This document shows, piece by piece, positions 55,151-64,000 of a stretch of 64,000 nt of DNA. The position numbers were made by a program, and so were the translations under genes. Numbering within the stretch: the first letter of the stretch is position 1; the number at the start of each line of letters is the position of its first letter. The stretch covers positions 124,001 to 188,000 of the forward strand of contig JALMLS010000124.1 in assembly GCA_038496445.1 (NCBI GenBank), written 5' to 3'. This stretch comes from Trichosphaerium sp. ATCC 40318 (lineage: Eukaryota; Protista; Tubulinea). The notes beneath the pieces are model-generated. The model was not told the DNA's origin and made no database searches. It saw only the letters and a list, made by a program, of their open reading frames with translations.

Positions 55151-55371
55151 GAATCTAACGGAAGCAGCTGTACTTTCTTTTGTAGCGTTCTATTCGGTAT
55201 AAGCAGGGAGAGAAATCGGATTTGTGAGCGCCTAGAAAGTGTACGCTTTTCGTGTATGGTTAATGTGTAAAGAGAAAATGTTGTACGAGAATAAATGACG
55301 ATGGTTTCATTGAAAAGTAGCGTTTGTTTTTACCACTTAAAAATCCTTCGAGAGCCAGACCATAACCTGTC

Positions 55372-58144
55372 ATGCAGTAAGAACTATTATTTATGCGTTT
55401 GTAACTGTGAGATAGGTCAGGAGAAGGGCATCAAACAACACAACAGCAAAATAGCCAACAACAGACAAGAAATAGTGATGGAAAGCGGCAATATCGTGGC
55501 AGAGGTAGTGGGAGAGGGAGAGGAAGAGGCAGAGGGCGTGGCAAACCAAAACAAGCCAACCCGCTTGGTAATATGAATGGCGGCCGCGCATTAACCCCAG
55601 ACGACTTTAAAATTAAGGTAGACCGATACTGAGCATCTAGAGCTCTACCGTTAAAAAAAAACTAACAAGTGTCTTAGTTTACCAAATTGCACTCTCTCGT
55701 CGCCGAAGACCAACTCAAAATACTTGTAGAAGATAAAACAGGAGAAGAAACGTTCGTTAAACAAATTTAAAAGCAAAACAGTGCGTAACTATTTTTTCAG
55801 CGTCTCATGTTGCATCCACATGAACCGATCCAAGAGCACTGGTAAGGGTTATATCACCTTTAAAACAGCATCTGCAGCACTGAACGCTATCAAAGTACGT
55901 ATTTAATGTAATACTACATGCGCACATGTTAACCCACGTGGCCAGGTATTGAAGGATTTTGAGTTTTATGGAGAACCTTTTTCGGCTACTTTGCCTAACG
56001 CTAAGTTTTTACGTCGTGTTGCTAAAGTAAGTGTGGCCAACAAGCCGTAAATAATTAAAGAGCTTACTTTAATGCTTAGAGACTAAGTAACGCTTCTACA
56101 GAAAAGCCTGAGATGCCATTTAAGGAAGAAATCGATAAAATAAAAGAAAAATTTGGAAAGATACAATTTGAATTGATAAGGCAAGTGTTCAAAGACTTTC
56201 TCGCTTTATTCTTACTCTCATTTTTTACAGCGAAACGTATCCCATAACTTTTAATTTAACAGTAGAAACACGCGATAAACGTGTAAAGGAGCTCAATCTT
56301 CAAATATGTATGCCAGAAAATTACCCAACGGTTCCTTGCAAAGTTACTTTATTGAATGATAATATTTCTGATGATACAAAACAGTAAGGCCACCATAAAC
56401 AATTTTGGCTTTTATGACTATAATTGTGATACTCATAAAAAATTAGTGCTTTATTAAACTCGCTAGATACTAGGATATCTACTACGTATATTGGTAAACC
56501 GATGATTAACGGTAAGATTCAAAAAACAAGTTTCAGTTTTAGATTTGACTTTTTCATTAACCTCCCTACTAGGTGTAATTTTGTTCTTGCGTGTTAACAT
56601 CGAGCGTGCTTTAGATGAAACAAGAGATGCTCATGAAAAGTTCATGAAGAGTTGTACGTTAAAATAAATGCACCACCCCAGTAGCACAATTGTTTACGTT
56701 TTCGTGAAGGTGAGACGCAGGGTATTGAGATTGTTTATCCAAAAGCCAAAGTGCCTGAATCACCTGACACAGTTATTAAAAACATTAACGAAAGTATTAT
56801 CCAAAGTATGTTGCTTGATAGCTTTTCGAGGTACATATAATCCCTGTTATGATACTTGAATCTTACATATCCTTTAGTGATGAAGAGGGTGCTGTAGAGA
56901 CCCCAGAAGTTGAAGGCGTTACACAGCAAGAAGAAGAAGAAACTACAGAGAGCGATGAGGATCCCGACCTTGATACGCCCCACGAAGGCACTCAATTGAT
57001 TCTTGATACAGTATCCCTTGTTGGCACTGATATATTTACCACTACCACATTGAAGCTTGTGGTGAAGTGTGCGCGATGTAGTAAGGAGCATCAAGTCATA
57101 CTTGCACAAAATACACATTTCACAAAAACATGTGAAAAATGCAGAGGTGCTTACTACATCAAATTCCGGCCACGTGCGTAATCTACTTAAATTTACATTG
57201 TCAAAAACTCTAACCACGATCCTTAGAATATGTACATAGAGCTTGTAATAGCTTAGGATACCTAGACATTGAAGGGTGTAATCCATTCTATTTGTCGTCA
57301 GCTAATATTAAGTAAGTTGAACATTGTCATCCTTGAATTATTTTCTTACACGTGACATTTTATAGAGCCACGTGTGCTACATGTGAGGATCCTATTGTTA
57401 TAAAGAATAAAGGTATTGTTGAAACACCGACTACAAAGCAATGTAGGAAGTGCCATCAACGAATCAAAGTAACAATAGACAAGTACGCTCTCCAGGCGTT
57501 TTTTGAGTTTTGAAAACTTCGTTTTTGCTAACTAATATTTTTGGAAAATAGATTATCGTTTAAGAAGATTTCGAAGGGTATAGCTAATGTTGACCTCGAT
57601 GCTGTTGCCCAAAGAAAGGGTAAAAAAGCAACACGTGATCCTTACCTTGCAGGTATTGTCAGAGGGAAGCCTCTTCCTAGTAATGGAACATGCAAACACT
57701 ACAATAGATCCTACAGGTACACTCTTAAAAACCAACTCAATCGTTCTAACTTTTTACCAGATATTTTAAATTCCCATGTTGCTCACGATGGTTTCCTTGC
57801 GATAAATGCCATGGTATGTTCATCAATAGACGCTGAATCTCATTTTGTAATAGATGCAGAGTGCGACATACCCGAGAAGTCTACTCGTGCTAACAAGGTC
57901 ATGTGCGGGTGCGTGGTTTATTTTTTCAAACGACTGCTAAGCTTACTTGTATAGCTTTTGCGCTACAAAAATGTCTGTTACTGACACGTGTAATGCATGT
58001 GGTAGAAACATGACTAAGCCACCTGGTAAACAGTTCTGGGAGGGTGGTCAGGGCCAACGTGATAGAACAGCAATGTCCAAGAAGGATAGTCGTAAGCACA
58101 AAGGAGAGGGTAAAACTGTTTCAAAAAAGTCGCAAAAGAAATGA
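55372..58144 (+). CDS. RG-rich region + RRM + RWD-like domain + CxxC motifs + CHY zinc finger protein
   Basis: RGRGSGRGRGRGRG; KSTGKGYITF (RNP1); MPENYPTVP (RWD-like); GKPLPSNGTCKHYNRSYR|YFKFPCC..FPCDKCH; FWEGGQGQRD..MSKKD.RK. Confidence 0.8.
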
Positions 58145-59307
58145 AACTGTTACTACTCTTTCGCCCAGGCTTTTAATCCTGCAACATGTCAAAGTTGCAT
58201 CAACAGGCGAACCACTCTATGCTTTGAAAGCTAAGAACCAAATTTTGTATGACAACACGTTTAGAATGTCACATGCTATCAGCCAATCATAGGAGCACAA
58301 GCAACTGTAAATTAGTTAAAAAAAAAGCCAGCCTCAATAAAAATGTGGTGTGATTGATAAGCATGAAAGGAGCGTGCAAGGAAGAATAGTATCTGGGATT
58401 CGACTTTTTTTTGTAGCTCTACAAGCCTCAGAGAACAAAAACGGGTTAAGAATTTCAGTTTTCCATATCATCAATAAAGAACCACAAGAAAGACTGGTTA
58501 ACTGAGAAGTCAATTCTGGGTGTCCTGTGTAATTGTTCTCATTTGTTCGAAAATTGTGCCAGTGTGGGGCAACGAAAGCAAGCAAGTAAAGGGCTCGGTT
58601 CGCTTTCGGTCGGCCTGTCGGGACAAGAACCCGACGTTCGCTCACAAATTGTCAGCCATTGGTGTGAGGTGTGACAAAAAAAATGTGAACTAAAATGTTA
58701 ACAATGCCAGTAATTTAGAATAAAATGTACAGCCTAATTCTAATTTCTTGTGCGAGTGTTTCACGGCAATAATGTTTCTTTCATATGCTCTCCAACGCGT
58801 GGTGCATGTAGAGTAACTTTCGCTTAACATGCAAATTATAGCACAAAACACATTAATTGGCGTTTTCACACCTCTATCCGGCAGCAACAGACCATTTCGC
58901 GAGAATCAGTCTAAGCACATTACAGCTCTTTTGAAGGAAACCTCTTAAATACGCTCTGTGACAAAGTTCATAGGAGAAAACTGTTCTTTGTTGCTTTTTA
59001 AATGTTTGTGAGTTATTCTTGCTTTTGGAGCTAAAGCGACCAGCTCGAAGCTAGTACGACTATGAACTAGCGTCTTAGAACATACAACAGGTGTTACCCT
59101 TATTTTTTGCTCCATCCGAAATGTTCTCATTTCAGTCAACTTTATTTTCGCACCCTAGAACAGATCTAAACTAGCAATACAATCAAACAAAACCTAAACA
59201 CAGAGTACGAAAAGGTCATTTTTATTGATTGATTAGTTGGTACAAATAGTTTCGTGACGAAATTCTTCTTATTTCAACGTAACTCAAAGCATCAATACTC
59301 AACCGCA

Positions 59308-60000
59308 ATGGCCCACCCAGCACCAAAGAAGGTAAACTATACTTTGACGTGTAAAACTGATTGTACTAATTAATCTTTTCCAAGCAGAAATTAGAAACTG
59401 TAAACACTCCCCCTCTAGTGCTACAAGAACTACCAGTAGAGTTACACCTTAAAATGATGGATCTAGACAGAGATATCTACGTTATCTGGCCTACTCTTTC
59501 AAAGTACACGGCAATAACAACAAGGTATCGACTTGGAAAAGCACGGAAAATGGAGCACAATTAGGATGACCATTTGGCCAAGACTTTTCGCAAGGGTGTT
59601 GATTGAGCAATCCTGGTTGCATGGAGTTCGTACTGGCCTTCATAGAGAGTGGTGGTTATCTAACGGCAACCTGAAGATGTCTTCTACTTACCAGCTTAAC
59701 ATGCAAGAAGGCGAGTGCAAACAGTGGCACGAAGGCGGCCAATTGGAAAGCGTCAGTTTTTATGTCAACAACAAAGTTGAAGGAGAAGCCACTTCCTGGC
59801 ATACAAACGGGAGCCTATTCACGAAAATCACCTACGTTGAAGATGAGAAAAACGGACCATACCGCGAATGGCAAAATGACGGAATAAAATGTGAAGAGTC
59901 GTTTTACGTAAATGGTAAACTACATGGAGAGCGTATAACATGGGGTGGAGGTGCAATGATAAAACTCACACAGCATTTTATACACGGACAGTTGAAGTAA
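59308..60000 (+). CDS. F-box-like + MORN-variant (YwqK-like) repeat protein; frameshift near 59510-59533 (pseudogene or read error)
   Basis: MAHPAPKK|QKLE..LQELPVELHLKMM (intron from 59332); repeats GLHREWWLSNGNLK, GECKQWHEGGQL, GPYREWQNDG. Confidence 0.7.
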
Positions 60001-60046
60001 AGATATTACGAAACATTAGTAAACGCTACAAATGGAGTCAATTGTA

Positions 60047-61270
60047 GACAACTTTGGTTCTAACGTTTTTTATTTTGTTGATTACGGACATGCACTATTT
60101 TTTTTACTTTCGCTCCGGATATTTTCGGATTTTGACGGATATCGCCGACTTTACACGTTTTTTTCCGGATACTGTTCACTGTTGTCATGTGACCAAGGTC
60201 CTACAGGTGGGTACCTAATGTGACGTACAATACAAATTGCTTATGCATTCAGTGACATACAAACAGCTTTGAGAAACTTGCACTCTTCCATGAAACAGTA
60301 CCTTGAAGATGGTACGAATGAGTACCAATTGAGGTGCTCAACACAACTTCTTTATTGTTATGGCATGAACATTAGCTCATCTTAGTTTGGGTACACTCCC
60401 TTTCAGAAACAGAGGGGCATTATGTACTGTTCACAGCCTGTACATGCTCCATCTAAAAAAGGTATCCTTCTGCAATTGTAAATTGCTACCTTTGTTTTCA
60501 GAATCATTGAAACAACACAATCAGCACAGACTGCCACAAAGAGAATATACACAGATCCCAGAGGTGTAATAATCCCCTCAACAAGATTAATTCAAACAAC
60601 AAACCATTGGAGGAATGCAACGAATCTGTAAGTACAAAGCAATTGCCAATTGCTATTGTCAAATTTTTTTATCTGTTTTGTAATTTCAGTATGCAATTTT
60701 CACGGCATGGACATGTTTACTTTTTACATATTAATTCCTATGATTGCTTTTGGCGTACAATTAGCAATTGTTCCTTAAACTGACTCATTGCAAGTGTCAC
60801 TTGACACTTGGTGTCAACAATTGTCAATTGCATAAACAGGGAGATAAATACACTTCCTCCTGTTCCTACAAGCCATAAAACATGTGTGCTCAAAGAATGT
60901 GGAAACTAATGAGCATTAACAACATTGTACAGCTCCTTCAATCTACACCACCAAAGGTACATGCTTCAATTTTCAAGTACCAAGTTTCTCTAAAGTAAGG
61001 CAATTTCCAGTTGCCCAACCTCATTGACATCAATGCCATTAGGTACAGCTTTGACACTAAGCAAGGTGAGTGCACTATATTGCCAGCAGCTTTCACCAAA
61101 CAAGGAAAAAACACCAATTGCCCTTAGTATAATTCATCTCGTTATCCGGAAAAACAAGGAAAATTCCGACACACAACCGTCAAAAGCCGAAAATATCCGG
61201 AGCAAAAATAAAAAAAATAGTGCATGTCCGTTGAATCAACAAAATAAAAAACGTTAGAACCAAAGTTGTC
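60047..61270. mobile_element. Non-autonomous DNA transposon (~1.22 kb) with ~125-bp imperfect terminal inverted repeats and a 4-bp TGTA target-site duplication
   Basis: 60047 GACAACTTTGGTTCTAACGTTTTTTATTTTGTTGATT... is the reverse complement of the sequence ending at 61270; TGTA at 60043-60046 and 61271-61274; no transposase ORF. Confidence 0.85.
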
Positions 61271-61301
61271 TGTAAATACAGTAAAGTTCTAGCGTCAAAT
61301 C

Positions 61302-62920
61302 ATGAATTACCCACTCGTTTCTATTGATCAAGCAATCGCATACTATCGTAACAAGCATACAGAAACTTTCAATAAAATCACCGGAAAACAACGTGAAGAG
61401 TTTGTAAACCAACTTGAAAGTATCCTAGACGCTTCAAACAAGAGTCTTGTGCAACAACTAGACCAATACGTCTTCCAAAACGCGGACATACACAGTTCTG
61501 ATACAAAACAGAACAAAGTACGTTCTACCCACAAACAAGCGCGTGTAGAGCAATCTGAGGACATGCAGTTGCCAAAGCAAAAACAAGCAAGACAGTACGC
61601 CTTAATGATAGTCACAGCCTACTAACGTAGCTACAAAGAACAAATACAACGACATGTGAACAAGTTAATATTATCAACTTTCCTCTAGAAGTTATTTCAA
61701 GTATTCTACAGTGTACTGAACAAAAGACACGATTCAAAGTTGCGCAATCATGTCATTTGATGGCTGATATAATCCATGATATTGTAGGATATAAAAGGGT
61801 TTACATCTATAACATTTTAGATATTCTAAGGATTCGCCAGTACAAAGGTATAATGACCAATACTATTGTCACTATGGAAGTTGAGAGTAATAGTTTGTAT
61901 TCACTATTACAAGGCTGTAGACATATTGTTCCAACACGCATTACCAGTTATACAAAACCAAACAAAGTCATCAATGATTTTGATCTCAAAGAACTTTCTG
62001 GCGTTCGTTCAATTCGTCTCAAAAGGTGCGAACGAATAACAGATGAAGGCATAAAACATTTGAGTGGCGTTCATACTATTGATCTTTCTTATACTTCCGT
62101 AACAGATGAAGGTATTAAAGCGCTATCAGGTGTTCATGACATCAATCTTGCAGATTGTAAAGTTACTGATGAAGGTATTAAAGCGCTGAAAGGAGTCCAT
62201 ACAATTGACCTTTCTCAATGTATACACGTGACAGATGAAGGCATACAGTATTTGAGTGGTGTTCACACTATTGATCTTTCTTACACTTCCCTAACAGATT
62301 CATCTATCAACGCGCTAGGAGGAGTTCATACAATATACCTTAGTCATTGCAAAAACGTGACAGATGAGGGTATTAAAGTACTGAAAGGTGCACATACTAT
62401 TTTCCTTGACAACACCTCTGTTACAGATGGCGCTGTAAAAGAGCTTGCTGGTGTTCACATCATTAATCTTCGCGACACGTCTGTTACAGATGAAGGCATC
62501 AAAGTGCTCGCTGGTGTGTATGCGATTGATCTTACACATACCTCTGTTACTGATGAAGGTGTCACAGCACTTGTTGGTGTTCATGCCATTAATCTAGATG
62601 GCACTTTAGTAACAACAAAAGGTGTCAAAGCACTTGCTGGTGTTCATACTATTGGCCTTAACGAGTGTGAAAATGTGACACATAAAGACATTCGTACCTT
62701 ATTCGGTAACCGCATTTTCTATGCTGTTGATATTTCTGCGCGCTATAGAACAGCCAACAGAGCACTAGAGGATGTTCATGTGGTAACTTACAATGATTGT
62801 TTTATCCAATACGCTTTAAAACTGGTGTTTAAGGGTAATACTTTTTGCTACTCAATGCGTGATGGAATTTGTTGCCAAAAAAAGCTGTTTCATGAAGTAC
62901 CAACATCTTTAATAGTATAA
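61302..62920 (+). CDS. Family-specific N-terminal domain + F-box + ~12 short LRRs (intron 61595-61638)
   Basis: Exon 1 MNYPLVSIDQAIAYYR... is paralogous to 52643; phase-2 intron joins to QVNIINFPLEVISSIL; LRR array. Confidence 0.85.
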
Positions 62921-63548
62921 AATAAAAACCTTTGTATAATTATGTAAATACATGTTGCTGCGACGCATAGTCACGGCGATGTTATACAACAAATAGCAAT
63001 TACACTCAATACTCTCCATTTGGTATGCATCAGAATGACGATTATAAATCCTCACCTGCTTTGGGAGTGCACCTACGCTTTCAGCTCTGATTGTCTGCCT
63101 GTCAGGGAAATAGTATAGGGGAAAATTCGTTACGAAGATAGATAATATCAAATCGTTATTAAATAGGAAAACACAACTAAGCCATCTCGTGGCTTCCAAT
63201 AGTTGGTAATCCAAAAATAGTTAAACAAGATGTTTGATTGTTACACGCCTACGGTACTCTATATATCCCAAATTTTATCTGTGCACTTCTAAGCTAGTCA
63301 TGGTTTATCAAACTGATTTCTTTGGACGTCTACGGCTATTGACATCTTCAGTGAACCAGTTTACAATAAACATGATATGCAAATAACTACATTGTTTTTT
63401 GCATTATGACATTCCGTGGGCCTGCATAGTGTGCTAGTAGTAGCTTACATAGTACCTCGTAAACAATAACATTCGGGGCCTTTTTCAGTGAACTACGGTT
63501 TTTTAAAGACCGAAACCCAAACTTCAAAAACTAAGAAAATATACAACC

Positions 63549-64000
63549 ATGAAACTCAGCGCTACTTGTATGTAACATAAATAGTAGATTACACTTGTTT
63601 TAACTCTCGTATAGTGGGTACTGCTACAGTGCCATCCAAGAAGAAGGTATGCGCCGAAGTTAGCTTTATAGAAGGTTCCGGACGCGTTATGGGTACATAA
63701 ACCGTAAAATACGCGCTATTTATCTAATTTACAGCAACGTTTAAAACAAAGTGGTATAAAGGCACCAATGAACCGCCATTCGATCTACAAACAGCTGTGT
63801 ACGCTTTTTGAAAAATTAGAATCGTTACTTAGCGTACAAGACCTAAAACCTTACAGAGCAGCTGATAAATGCGAAGGTGTTCTCGTACGCATCCTAGAGA
63901 AGCGATCCATATTTAGCACCAAATGCGTCGGCAAGGTGACCGTAAAACTGAACAAAGACAACATGGGAGGTAATTACTAGTACCCTTACGTGGTATTTTC
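63549..64000 (+). CDS. 5' part of a probable C2-domain protein (runs off the window)
   Basis: FKTKWYKGTNEPPFD and VRILEKRSIFSTKCVGKVTVKL resemble C2 strands; short exons with GT-AG introns. Confidence 0.4.

Noticed and set aside
58385-58410. T-arm-like GTCGAATCCC on the minus strand
   Set aside because: No cloverleaf, acceptor stem or A-box; no tRNA, rRNA or snRNA was recognised in the window.
44671-62920. Regularly spaced ACAGATGAAGG repeats resembling a CRISPR array
   Set aside because: They are the TDEG codons of LRR units inside open frames; the context is eukaryotic and there are no cas genes.

Overview
Gene-dense, AT-rich eukaryotic DNA from a protist, with many short (~35-150 nt) spliceosomal introns (GT/GC-AG, CTAAC-type branch points) and the standard code. 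The gene content suggests an amoebozoan; this is inference. Conserved housekeeping genes include sepiapterin reductase, eL22, CCDC86/Cgr1, AP-3 mu, NAA38-like, BTB-BACK-discoidin, TRAPPC8, WDR82 and a CHY-finger protein, often in head-to-head pairs. They are interleaved with secreted/surface proteins and a fast-evolving set of repeat proteins. The main result is hidden by introns in the ORF track: the short minus-strand ORFs at 1-3846 splice into one ROCO gene with the architecture MORN repeats - TIR-like domain - Roc GTPase - COR, with no kinase. The window also holds a paralogous COR fragment, three intact and at least two decayed F-box/short-LRR genes, an F-box-MORN gene and a dead kinase. 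Together these suggest a birth-and-death, innate-immunity-like arsenal. Other notable items: an M8-like metalloprotease with a bacterial-type RTX tail, a secreted hyper-acidic protein with RGD 11-mer repeats, an exon-modular ~75-aa repeat protein, a 1.2-kb TIR element with a 4-bp TSD and CpG-depleted interior, and strong CACGTG enrichment. Gene models were spliced by eye, so boundaries are approximate and domain calls come from motif recognition, not database searches.
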